A stretch of 64,000 nucleotides of DNA, from positions 1,251 through 65,250 of the forward strand of contig CAZCFB010000006.1 of assembly GCA_964497805.1 (NCBI GenBank), written 5' to 3'. The position numbers and the translations under genes are program-made. The stretch is from an uncultured Kofleriaceae bacterium (GTDB lineage Bacteria > Myxococcota_A > Polyangia > GCA-2747355 > CAZCFB01). Numbering within the stretch: position 1 is the first letter of the stretch; the number at the start of each line of letters is the position of its first letter. The notes under the pieces are model-generated. The model did no database searches. It had not been told where the DNA came from and was given only the letters and a program-made list of their open reading frames with translations. Shown here piece after piece: positions 1 through 9,006 of the stretch.

Positions 1-1
1 G

Positions 2-483
2 GTGGTCTTGCTGGAGTACCAGATGGAGCGGGCGGGCATCACGGTCAAGATGGAGCAGCCCGACGAGGATCTGCCCACGGTGAGCGGGGACGCCGACGGC
101 CTGCAGCAGGTGTTCATCAACCTGGTGCACAACGCGGTCCAGGCCATGCCCGAGGGTGGCGAGCTCAACGTGCGGGTGGGCGTGGAGCACCGGCGCAAGG
201 AGGGGCTGGAGATGGCCCCGCCCGAGGAGTATGTGGTGGTGAGCGTGGCGGATACCGGCGCCGGCATCCCCAAGAAGGTGCGGGAGCAGATCTTCGAGCC
301 CTTCTTCTCCACCAAGGGGCAGGGGGAGGGCACCGGCCTGGGCCTCACCGTGGTCCAGGGCATCGTCAAGGAGCACGACGGCTGGATTGAAGTGGCAGAC
401 GCGGAGCCACGGGGCGCGGAGCTGCGGGTGTACCTCCCCACCGGGGGCGGGGATGACCCTGACCAGACGGACAAGGAAGAGGC

Positions 484-487
<4 letters not shown>
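2..487 (+). CDS. Sensor histidine kinase, C-terminal fragment (GHKL/HATPase_c domain; 5' end lies outside the window)
   Basis: The ORF is open at the window edge. It has the N-box-like FINLVHNAVQAM, G1 DTGAGIP and G2 GTGLGLTVV motifs. Its stop overlaps the next start (ATGA at 484-487). Confidence 0.85.
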
Positions 488-1869
<1,382 letters not shown>

Positions 1870-1871
1870 GA

Positions 1872-1917
1872 GACCGCCTGACATCCGTACTGGTCAAGCC
1901 CGCCGGGCCTGACTGCA
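1872..1917 (+). repeat. 46-bp direct repeat, copy 1 (duplicate of the 5' end of the radical-SAM CDS)
   Basis: gaccgcctgacatccgtactggtcaagcccgccgggcctgactgca matches 2139-2184 at 45 of 46 positions. The single difference (t1910 vs g2177) is synonymous (CCT/CCG Pro) in the shared frame. The offset is 267 nt, a multiple of 3. Confidence 0.95.
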
Positions 1918-1919
1918 TT

Positions 1920-2113
1920 AGCAAGCCAGCCAGGGCGCGAGGCCCCTGCTGGCTTGCTGCGAGCCTTCGGCTCGGCGTGGTTTTTAGCCGGGCGGGGCCC
2001 CGGGGTGGCCGGGCGGGGGGCCCGGCTGCGCCGCCGGGGCCAGGTCTGGCTCGCCTCGTCTTCTCGCCTGGCGGCGCCAGGCTTGGGCCGGGGGCCGCGA
2101 CCGCGCCCCCGGC
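1920..2113 (+). repeat. Structured four-hairpin intergenic repeat module, copy C (expanded version)
   Basis: H1 is agcaagccagc...gctggcttgct (1920-1958). H2 is cgagcc-ttcg-ggctcg (1960-1975), followed by gcgtggttttt. About 80 nt of extra GC-rich hairpin sequence follows. H3 is gcctggcg-g-cgccaggc (2066-2082). H4 is gccggggg-N11-cccccggc (2087-2113). The architecture matches the copies at 26438-26544 and 28815-28923. Confidence 0.8.
1960..1986 (+). terminator. Intrinsic-terminator-like hairpin plus T-run downstream of the two-component operon
   Basis: A 6-bp GC stem with a ttcg loop (cgagcc ttcg ggctcg) is followed within 5 nt by ttttt. A T5 run is rare in this GC-rich DNA. The site lies about 90 nt after the regulator's stop codon. 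Confidence 0.5.
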
Positions 2114-2129
2114 GGGCAGGAGCCTTCTA

Positions 2130-3278
2130 GTGCCGCTCGACCGCCTGACATCCGTACTGGTCAAGCCCGCCGGGCCGGACTGCAACATGTCCTGCGAGTA
2201 CTGCTTCTACCTGGAGAAGGCGGCGCAGTTCGAGGGCGCCGGCCACCGGATGACCGAGGAGGTGCAGCGGGCCATGATCCGCGAGGCCATGCGCGCCGCG
2301 GACGAGCAGGTGATCTTTGTCTGGCAGGGCGGTGAGCCCACGCTCATGGGGCCGGGCTTCTTCGAGCGGGCGGTTGAGCTGCAGATGAAGTTCGGCCGGG
2401 GCAAGACGGTGGGCAACGCCCTGCAGACCAACGGCCTGCTGCTGGATGACCGCTGGGTGCGCCTGTTCAGCCGCTACCAGTTCCTCATCGGCATCTCCAT
2501 CGACGGCCCGAATCGGGTCCACGACCACTACCGCCGGCGCCTGGGCGGGCAGCCGTCTCACGCCCGGGCTGCGGCGGCCACCCGCCGGCTGCTGGGGGAG
2601 GGGGTGGCGGTCAACGCGCTGTCCGTTGTGAACGACCACTCGGTGAAATATCCCCGGGAGATCTACAGCCACCTTCGGGGTCTGGGGCTGGCGCACCTGC
2701 AGTTCATCCCCTGCGTGGAGCCGGCGGCGTTCCGGCCCTCACCCGAGGCGTACGGCGACTTCCTCTGCCAGCTGTTTGATGTCTGGACCCGGGACTTCCG
2801 GGGGGGCGTCCCCGCGGCCACCGTGCGCAACTTCGAGTCCCTGCTCCACCTCTACGCCGGCCTGCCCGCGCCCGAGTGCACGCTCATGGAGAGCTGCGGC
2901 GTGTACCTGGTGGTGGAGCATGACGGGGGCGTCTACCCGTGCGACTTCTATGTGGAGCCGGAGTGGCGGCTGGGGGACGTGAGAAAAGACAGCCTGCTGG
3001 AGCTGCTCAACGGGGAGCGGCAACGCGAGTTCGGCGCGCTAAAGGCCCGGCTGCACCCGCTGTGCGAGGAGTGCTCCTATCTGGGGCGGTGCCTGGGAGG
3101 CTGCACGCGGCACCGGCCGGCGCCGGAGGGGTTGAACCTGTACTGCGAATCCTTCAAGGCGCTCTTTCAGCACGCGGGGGAACGCATGGAGCGCATGGTG
3201 GCGCACATGCGGGAGGATCCTGTTGAGCAGAAGCCAGCGCCGAAGCGGGGGAAACGGAAGCGGCGGAGGAAGAAGTAG
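2130..3278 (+). CDS. Radical SAM/SPASM maturase, anaerobic sulfatase-maturating-enzyme-like
   Basis: The N-terminus LVKPAGPDCNMSCEYCFY carries the CX3CX2C motif, followed by GGEPTL. The C-terminal SPASM-type Cys clusters are CGVYLVVEHDGGVYPCDFYV and CEECSYLGRCLGGC. I place the start at GTG 2130, preceded by caggag 8 nt upstream. The ORF track extends to ATG 1866, but that stretch is the duplicated and inserted segment. Confidence 0.85.
   Translation: MPLDRLTSVLVKPAGPDCNMSCEYCFYLEKAAQFEGAGHRMTEEVQRAMIREAMRAADEQVIFVWQGGEPTLMGPGFFERAVELQMKFGRGKTVGNALQTNGLLLDDRWVRLFSRYQFLIGISIDGPNRVHDHYRRRLGGQPSHARAAAATRRLLGEGVAVNALSVVNDHSVKYPREIYSHLRGLGLAHLQFIPCVEPAAFRPSPEAYGDFLCQLFDVWTRDFRGGVPAATVRNFESLLHLYAGLPAPECTLMESCGVYLVVEHDGGVYPCDFYVEPEWRLGDVRKDSLLELLNGERQREFGALKARLHPLCEECSYLGRCLGGCTRHRPAPEGLNLYCESFKALFQHAGERMERMVAHMREDPVEQKPAPKRGKRKRRRKK
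2139..2184 (+). repeat. 46-bp direct repeat, copy 2 (inside the functional 5' end of the radical-SAM CDS)
   Basis: See copy 1. This copy continues into the intact CNMSCEYC cluster motif. Confidence 0.95.
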
Positions 3279-3301
3279 GGGTCGCTATTGCGGCCCGCTG
3301 G

Positions 3302-4096
3302 CTACCACTTGCTGCAGAGGCAGGTGGCGTGTCTGAAGCCTTTGCTGCAGCTGGCGCCGTTGCTGTAGCTGCACTTGTTCCCCCCGCTGGTGTCCCAGGC
3401 GCCCATGCACGCGTGCTTCTTGCATAGCTTGCTGCAGGAGGCGGAGTTCCAGGCTCCCTCGTCGTGGTAGAAGCGGCACGTGGTGGCCGTCTCGGCGCAC
3501 AGCTTGTAACCCTTGGTGTCGTTCTGGAACAGCTGAGCGCAGGTGGGCAGGGGGAAGATGTCGGGGGGTCCGGGGACCACGTCCGTGGCTGGCTTCAGGT
3601 CCTTGGGCTTCATGTCCGGCCACGCCTTGACGTCGGGCGCGGGCGCGAAGTCGGGGAAGAGGACCGACTTGTCGGGCTTGGCCATGTCCTTGAACGACTT
3701 GTCCACCGCGGGCCACAGGTCCGGGGGGTCCACCCACTGATCCGGCGTCGATGTCTCGGGCCCCACGGCCAGGTCGGTGGGGGGCGCGTCCTGCGAGGGC
3801 AAGTCAGTGGGGCCCTGGTCGTGTACGGGAAGATCGACCACGGGCAGGTCGTGTACGGGCAGGTCGACCACGGGCAGGTCGTGTACGGGCAGGTCGACCA
3901 CGGGCAGGTCGACCACGGGCAGGTCGTGCACGGGCAGATCGATCTTCGGCAGGTCAGAGCCTGTGTCCGGCGAGTCGGTGCCCTGGTCCTCGGGATACCC
4001 CGCGGTGCCGTAGGGCGCGCCGGAGGTGTCAAAGATGCACCCGCCCAGGAGAGCGAGCAGCATGGCGATGAAGATCAAGCGCAGCATCAGGACCAC
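3302..4096 (-). CDS. Lipoprotein with a (D-L-P-V-H/V) pentapeptide tandem array and a 10-Cys C-terminal domain (function unknown)
   Basis: The signal peptide and lipobox are MVLMLRLIFIAMLLALLGGC. About 9 DLPVx repeats follow. The C-terminal ~85 aa contain 10 Cys (CAQLF...CAETATTC...CSKLCKKHAC...CSYSNGASC...CLC). It is the last gene of the minus-strand unit and converges on the rSAM gene with a 23-nt gap. Confidence 0.7.
   Translation of the reverse strand: MVLMLRLIFIAMLLALLGGCIFDTSGAPYGTAGYPEDQGTDSPDTGSDLPKIDLPVHDLPVVDLPVVDLPVHDLPVVDLPVHDLPVVDLPVHDQGPTDLPSQDAPPTDLAVGPETSTPDQWVDPPDLWPAVDKSFKDMAKPDKSVLFPDFAPAPDVKAWPDMKPKDLKPATDVVPGPPDIFPLPTCAQLFQNDTKGYKLCAETATTCRFYHDEGAWNSASCSKLCKKHACMGAWDTSGGNKCSYSNGASCSKGFRHATCLCSKW
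3818..3952. repeat. 15-bp tandem repeat, 9 units (encodes the DLPVx array)
   Basis: The units alternate gtcgtgtacgggcag and gtcgaccacgggcag, read directly from the sequence. Confidence 0.95.
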
Positions 4097-4097
4097 A

Positions 4098-5126
4098 CTA
4101 TCCTAAATGAAGAGTCGATTTTTTGTAATCTTGGGCGGTCCCGACGTGGCGGATGCGGGGCGGGTGGCGCAGCCGGGGCGGGCCAACCGGGAGGCCGACC
4201 AGGCGCCTGGTCAGACCCCAGGCCGAGCCCAGGCCGTAGCCCAGGTGGATGGTGGGGAAGATGAGGAGCAGGTGCGCGAGGGCCAGGGCCGGCCGGCGCA
4301 TGCGGGGGGCGGTGAACAGGGCGGCGCCCAGGCCGGTGGTGGCGTACAGCACCAGCGGGATCAGGGTGAGCAGCCCGGGCCACATCAGGGCCGCTGCCAC
4401 CAGGAGCAGCAGCGCCAGGGGGGCGAGCAGCATGTACTCCTCGGCGGCGGCGCGCGGGGAGAAGTGGGCCATGCGGCTGGCGCCATAGCGGAAGTTCTGG
4501 GCGAAGAGCCGGGGCAAGGAGCGGCGCTGGCTGCGCCGTGCGGTCATGAGCGGGTGGTAGGCGCAGGTGAGCCCGCCCGCGCGCAGGCGCTTGATCAGCT
4601 CGGTCTCCTCGTTGGGGTAGAGGGTCTCGTCGAAGCCGCCCACCCGCTCCATGGCCTCCCGCGTGATCACCAGGTTGGCTGAGAGCAGCTCCTGCTCGCT
4701 GGTGAGCCTCACGGGGCCATACGGCACGAAGCGGTTGCGCACCGGACCGAGGCCGAACACCGAGGCCATGGCCGCGCCCACCGCGCGCTGGAAAGGCCCA
4801 TCGCCTTTTGAGGTGAGCACCGGGCCGCCTACACAGCAGACTCCGGGCTCGGGGCAACCGTCGCGCAGACACTCCAGGGCGCGCACCAGGGCCCAGGGAT
4901 CCAGCTCGGTGTCGTCGTCGATGAAGTAGAGCACCTCGCCCGTGGCCGAGGCCATGGCCGCGTTGCGCTGGGCCGAGGGGTTCTCCCCCTCCACCACGAG
5001 CACCTCCAGCCGGTCGGGCGGGTAGCGCAGGCTCGGGACGCCGTTGAGCGCGGGGGGCGGAGGGTTGCCCGGGCGCACCGGGATGATGATGCTCACCGAG
5101 GGGTAGCGCTGTCGCTCCTGGCTCAC
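4098..5126 (-). CDS. Glycosyltransferase family 2 with C-terminal membrane helices
   Basis: SVSIIIPVRPGN, the acidic motif YFIDDDTEL and a hydrophobic C-terminal third. The start overlaps the stop of the upstream gene (5123-5126). Confidence 0.8.
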   Translation of the reverse strand: MSQERQRYPSVSIIIPVRPGNPPPPALNGVPSLRYPPDRLEVLVVEGENPSAQRNAAMASATGEVLYFIDDDTELDPWALVRALECLRDGCPEPGVCCVGGPVLTSKGDGPFQRAVGAAMASVFGLGPVRNRFVPYGPVRLTSEQELLSANLVITREAMERVGGFDETLYPNEETELIKRLRAGGLTCAYHPLMTARRSQRRSLPRLFAQNFRYGASRMAHFSPRAAAEEYMLLAPLALLLLVAAALMWPGLLTLIPLVLYATTGLGAALFTAPRMRRPALALAHLLLIFPTIHLGYGLGSAWGLTRRLVGLPVGPPRLRHPPRIRHVGTAQDYKKSTLHLG

Positions 5127-6193
5127 GCGGGCCTCACCTGGCGGGGACCGAAGAGCAGCTGGCGCAGCAGCGCCACGTTGGCATCCTTTTCCCGGGAGAG
5201 GGAGAAGCGGTACACCTCGGAGCGGCTGGCAAGGGCGGCGGCGGCCGCGGCGCGAGAGGCGGCCAGGGCGGCCTTGCGTACCAGGTCGCGGGCCTCCAGG
5301 CGGAGGAAGTACTCCACCAGCTGGGGCAGGCCGAGCCCCACCACCATCTCCCTGGCCAGGTGAGGCAGGGCGGCCCTGGCCGGGGCCCGCTCCAGCGATG
5401 GGGGACCGGCGAGCAGGCGGCGGCCAACCAGCAGCAGGTCCGGGCGGGCGCGGGTGTGGGCCGGGGCCACGCGGTCGCCCAGGGTGTCCAGGTCAAGCAG
5501 CCACTTGGTCCCGTGCTCCCTGCGGCGCATGCGGCGGAGCTTGCCGGGGTCCACGCCGGGCGGCGGGCTGGAGAAGCCAAGGCGCAGGGGGAAGGGCAGG
5601 ACCTGGCCCCGGCGGTCAACCAGGGCCATGTCGTCACCCATCAGGCGCACGCCGGGCTGGCGCAGGGCGCCCACGCCGAGGGTGGTCTTGCCCCCGCCCG
5701 AGGGGAGCAGACAGAGCGTCGCCCGCCCCTGCACTTCCAGAGCCAGGGCGTGCACCCGGTGCAGGCCGCGGCGGTCCAGCAGCTCGCCGGCGCGGGAGAG
5801 GGTGAGCAGATAGAGCAGCTCGTGCAGCAGGTCCGGGTCCTCGCTCCACACGCCCCCGGCCTCGTGGTCGAAGTCCCAGCGGGCCAGGGCCTTGCCCTGG
5901 TAATCGACCCAGCGAATGTGGCCGCGCTGGTAGGCGCAGAAGCCGGGCTGCTCCAGCACGCTGGGCCAGGCCGGCAGGTCGCCCCACGGCGGGCGGCGCA
6001 GGCTCCCCTGGATCTCCACGTCCATGCCGGATGTCGGGGCGGGACCTGCGCCCGCCTGCGCAAAATATGAAAAATCCCGCCCCAGCGCCCCCGCGATGTC
6101 AGGCGCATCGCAGGTGACCTGAACGCCCACGCCGTGGAAGTCCAGGGCCAGGGGATCGGAGATGGTCAGGCGCTGTGGCGCGGGGGAACTCAT
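5123..6193 (-). CDS. HPr kinase/phosphorylase-like P-loop protein (HprK-related kinase)
   Basis: LLPSGGGKTTLGVGALRQPGVRLMGDDMALV matches the HprK C-terminal pattern, which is a P-loop followed by h-h-[AG]-DD. There is no HPr or PTS context. Confidence 0.6.
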   Translation of the reverse strand: MSSPAPQRLTISDPLALDFHGVGVQVTCDAPDIAGALGRDFSYFAQAGAGPAPTSGMDVEIQGSLRRPPWGDLPAWPSVLEQPGFCAYQRGHIRWVDYQGKALARWDFDHEAGGVWSEDPDLLHELLYLLTLSRAGELLDRRGLHRVHALALEVQGRATLCLLPSGGGKTTLGVGALRQPGVRLMGDDMALVDRRGQVLPFPLRLGFSSPPPGVDPGKLRRMRRREHGTKWLLDLDTLGDRVAPAHTRARPDLLLVGRRLLAGPPSLERAPARAALPHLAREMVVGLGLPQLVEYFLRLEARDLVRKAALAASRAAAAAALASRSEVYRFSLSREKDANVALLRQLLFGPRQVRPA

Positions 6194-6218
6194 CGCACCC
6201 CCATGATCACCGATGTGC

Positions 6219-7802
6219 TCACTCCAGGTCCATCCCCTTGGAGTGGACCGTCACGCGGGCGCCCCTGGCCAGCTTGACCACCTTCATCAGGGGGTGGCGA
6301 AGGCCCAGGAGCTCGAGGGCCTCGGAGGAGCCCCGGGTGGGGCGGAAGGGGATGTCGAACAGGACCAGGTGCCGGGTGCCGGGGTGGATCACCTCGGGGC
6401 TGCCCACGTTAACCATCACCTTGGCGCTGCCCTGGTGGTGGCGCACCACCTCCTTGATGCGCCGGGGCTTGAGGAGGTCGAACCGGGGCGGGCTGTACAC
6501 CTCCCACTCGGGCAGGTGATAGGAGATCACCCGCGCGGCGCGGGCGATGATGGCCGTGTCCCCGGGTGAAAGATGGCGCAGGCGTTGGAGGCGGAGCGTG
6601 AGGTCCCGGCGCTCCAGGTCCAGGGCAGCGGCCCTGTGGCGCAGGTGCGGTCGGCCCAGGGGGAGGGGGAGCTCGGTACAGAAACCCAACGCATGGTGCA
6701 GGGCCAGCCCAAGGGCCAGGGCGGGGCCGAGCCAGCGGGCGGGGCTGCCGAGCCGCCAGAGCCAGGCCGTGGCCAGACCCATGGTCAGGAACACGGGCGG
6801 GGTGATGAGCAGCACGGTGGACTGGCTGCCCTGCTTGACCAGCAGGAAGAAGGCCCAGGCGGGGAGGGCCCAGAGCAGGAGAAGCCGGGCAGCCCTGCCA
6901 TGGCGCGCCAGGCGGCGCATGAGCAGGGCGGCGCCGGCCAGGAAGAGGGGCAGGCCCGCCAGCCCGGCGGTGCCGCCGCCGTAGCCCATGAACAGGGTGA
7001 ACAGACGGTAGAGCCTGCTGGCGCGCACCTGGCCGCCCGGGGCGAGGCTCCCACCGGGGGAGGGGGCCATGCGGGCCAGGGACTCGCCGTAGCTTTGCAG
7101 GCCGCCCGAGGAGAGGAGGGGGGGCAGGAGCAGGGCCAGGCCAGTGAGCAGCCCGGCTGTGGCCAGCCCTACCACCCAGCTTCGAAGGGGCTTCGCCCAC
7201 AGGGCGTGCAGGAGCAGTGGCCCGAGGATGACCGCGTTCTGCTGGCGCAGCAGGGCGGCCAGGCCGAGGGTCGCCCCGGCGAGCAGGGCGGCCTTCACGT
7301 CGTGGCGGTCAGCCAGGGCGGCCCGGTGGCAGGCCCAGCCGGTCAGGAGGGAAAAGAAGAGATCCGTGGCGTAGGGCAGCGGGGCCGTTCCCTGGGCCCA
7401 GACAAAGGGAGATGTGCTCAGGAGCAGCGCGGTGGCCAGCCCTGCGGCGCGGCCCCCCATGGCCCGGCCCATGAGATAGGCGACGCCAGCGGCCAGGCCG
7501 CTCATCACCGCGCTCAGCCCCACCAGGGCCAGGCGCGCGTCGCCGGCGGTGATCAGGAGCGCGGCCCTGGCGAGCAGGATGTAGAGGGGGTAGCCGGGGG
7601 GCTGGGGCTGGTGCAGGCCAACGTCGTAGTTGACCAGGGCGAAGGCGTAGTTGGCCGCGTCGTGGCTGTCGATGAGAGGCGAGAGGAAGGGGAGGCGGGA
7701 GAGGAAACCGGCGAGGGTGAAGAAGAGGAGGGCGGCGGTGTCGGCGGGGCGCCAGTGGGCAGGGGGGGTCACTGTTTTGGATGGTAACATCCGGAGAATC
7801 AT
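6219..7802 (-). CDS. Polytopic GT-C-fold glycosyltransferase (ArnT/PMT-like) with a soluble C-terminal domain
   Basis: Many predicted TM helices. The first loop carries DSHDAANYAFALVNYDVGLHQPQPPGYPLYILLAR, which resembles GT39/GT83-type enzymes. I place the start at ATG 7802 (MILRML). The ORF-track extension to 8159 is antisense to the GT4 gene and has low-complexity composition. Confidence 0.6.
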   Translation of the reverse strand: MILRMLPSKTVTPPAHWRPADTAALLFFTLAGFLSRLPFLSPLIDSHDAANYAFALVNYDVGLHQPQPPGYPLYILLARAALLITAGDARLALVGLSAVMSGLAAGVAYLMGRAMGGRAAGLATALLLSTSPFVWAQGTAPLPYATDLFFSLLTGWACHRAALADRHDVKAALLAGATLGLAALLRQQNAVILGPLLLHALWAKPLRSWVVGLATAGLLTGLALLLPPLLSSGGLQSYGESLARMAPSPGGSLAPGGQVRASRLYRLFTLFMGYGGGTAGLAGLPLFLAGAALLMRRLARHGRAARLLLLWALPAWAFFLLVKQGSQSTVLLITPPVFLTMGLATAWLWRLGSPARWLGPALALGLALHHALGFCTELPLPLGRPHLRHRAAALDLERRDLTLRLQRLRHLSPGDTAIIARAARVISYHLPEWEVYSPPRFDLLKPRRIKEVVRHHQGSAKVMVNVGSPEVIHPGTRHLVLFDIPFRPTRGSSEALELLGLRHPLMKVVKLARGARVTVHSKGMDLE

Positions 7803-9006
7803 GACCGACCTCCAGGGCCTCAAGACCCTCCTCGTCACCACCGAGTACCCGCCTGATCCGGGAGGGGTGGGGGTTTCCAGCCAGCGCATCGCGCGGCTTC
7901 TGGCGGGCCTGGGCATGGAGGTTTCCGTGGCCCATGTGCGGGTAGCGGATGGGCCGGTGCTGCTGGACGAGGCGGTGACCACGGAGCGGGATGGGGAGGT
8001 GGAGGTGTTGCGGCTGGACCAGTCGCTCCAACCCGGGCTGGGGGATCCCATGTTCGACCGGGCCCACCAGGTCATGCGCGGGCGGCAGGAGCTGTTCCAG
8101 CTGTTGCTGCGCCTGCAGCGGGAGCGGCGCTTCGACGTGCTCAACGGGCTCTTCCTCACGGGGGTGGGCCGGGAGGTTTGCGCCGTGGCTCACCTCACCG
8201 GGGCCCGGGCCATGGTCTCCATCCGGGGCAACGATGTGGGCAAGCACTTCTTCCGCGATGAGCTGGTCGGGGTGCTGCGCTACGTGCTGGAGCGCGCCCA
8301 CCTGGTCACCTCGGTGGGGCGGGACCTGCTGGAGCTGGCGGGCACCATCTGCTCCCTGGAGGGCAAGGGCCTGGTGATCCCGAACAGCGTGGACCCGACC
8401 CTGGCGCCCGCCGCGGCGGAGCCCGTTCCTGACGGCCCGCTCCTGCTGGGATCCCACGGCATCTTCCGCTTCAAGAAGGGGATCCCGTACCTGTTCAAGG
8501 CCGCCGCCGGGCTGCGGGAACGGGGTATGGATCCGCGCCTGTTGCTGGTAGGCGGGACCAGGGACGCGCGGGAGGACGAGGTGCACCGAGGGTTCATGTC
8601 CCGGTTCGGCTTCAATGAAGCGTCCGTGGAGACTACGGGCCCGTTGCCCAGGCGGGAGGCGGTGGCGAGGCTGGGGCGGGGAACCAGCGTGGCGGTCTAT
8701 CCGTCCCTGTTCGGCGAGGGGTGCCCCTCCACGGTGCTGGAGGCCATGCTCCTGGGGCTCCCGGTCGTGGCCAGCGAGGTGGGTGGGATCCCCGAGCTGA
8801 TCCGCCACGGTGAAACCGGGATCCTGGTTCCTCCGGGCGACGGGCAAGCCCTGGAGCGAGCCCTGGCAAAGCTGGCCGGGGATCCAGTTCTGCGCCGGGC
8901 AATGGGGGACGCCGCCCGCCGCGCGGCCCTGGATCGTGGCCCGGAGGTTGAAGCCGCCGCCTGGTCCGACGCCTACCGCCGGGTGATGGCAGGTCATGCA
9001 GCCTGA
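7801..9006 (+). CDS. Glycosyltransferase family 4 (GT-B)
   Basis: N-terminus MTDLQGLKTLLVTTEYPPDPGGVG. The C-terminal EGCPSTVLEAMLLGLPVVASEVGGIPELI is the E-x7-E region. The ATG at 7801 overlaps the divergent start at 7802. Confidence 0.85.
   Translation: MTDLQGLKTLLVTTEYPPDPGGVGVSSQRIARLLAGLGMEVSVAHVRVADGPVLLDEAVTTERDGEVEVLRLDQSLQPGLGDPMFDRAHQVMRGRQELFQLLLRLQRERRFDVLNGLFLTGVGREVCAVAHLTGARAMVSIRGNDVGKHFFRDELVGVLRYVLERAHLVTSVGRDLLELAGTICSLEGKGLVIPNSVDPTLAPAAAEPVPDGPLLLGSHGIFRFKKGIPYLFKAAAGLRERGMDPRLLLVGGTRDAREDEVHRGFMSRFGFNEASVETTGPLPRREAVARLGRGTSVAVYPSLFGEGCPSTVLEAMLLGLPVVASEVGGIPELIRHGETGILVPPGDGQALERALAKLAGDPVLRRAMGDAARRAALDRGPEVEAAAWSDAYRRVMAGHAA

Noticed and set aside
1990-2128. A search for a sigma-54 promoter between the NtrC-type regulator and the radical-SAM gene, e.g. 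cctGGcggcgccagGCttg
   Set aside because: The spacing is GG-N9-GC or otherwise off-register, and the sequence is better explained as hairpin H3 of the repeat element.
2130-3278. Calling the SPASM maturase a bona fide anaerobic sulfatase-maturating enzyme with a gene symbol
   Set aside because: The family resemblance is clear. However, no (C/S)xPxR sulfatase substrate is present in the window, and the only sulfatase-fold protein has Thr at the nucleophile position. The specific function is left open.
3818-3952. Regularly spaced short repeats that could superficially suggest a CRISPR array. The (gagccr)12 tract at 37251-37322 is a similar case
   Set aside because: The units are contiguous, with no spacers, and are only 15 bp or 6 bp long. 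They lie in frame inside well-supported CDSs, where they encode peptide repeats. No cas genes are present.
6219-8159. The full 646-aa ORF-track version of the GT-C gene. The 5'-extended versions of the ORFs at 21099-22445, 22834-24006, 24899-26650, 28733-29533, 30384-30941, 30716-32089, 48089-50371 and 61240-62544 fall in the same class
   Set aside because: The extensions overlap neighbouring genes or are low-complexity. Internal Met codons give canonical N-termini, signal peptides or lipoboxes, or 4-nt start/stop coupling, so I used the shorter coordinates.
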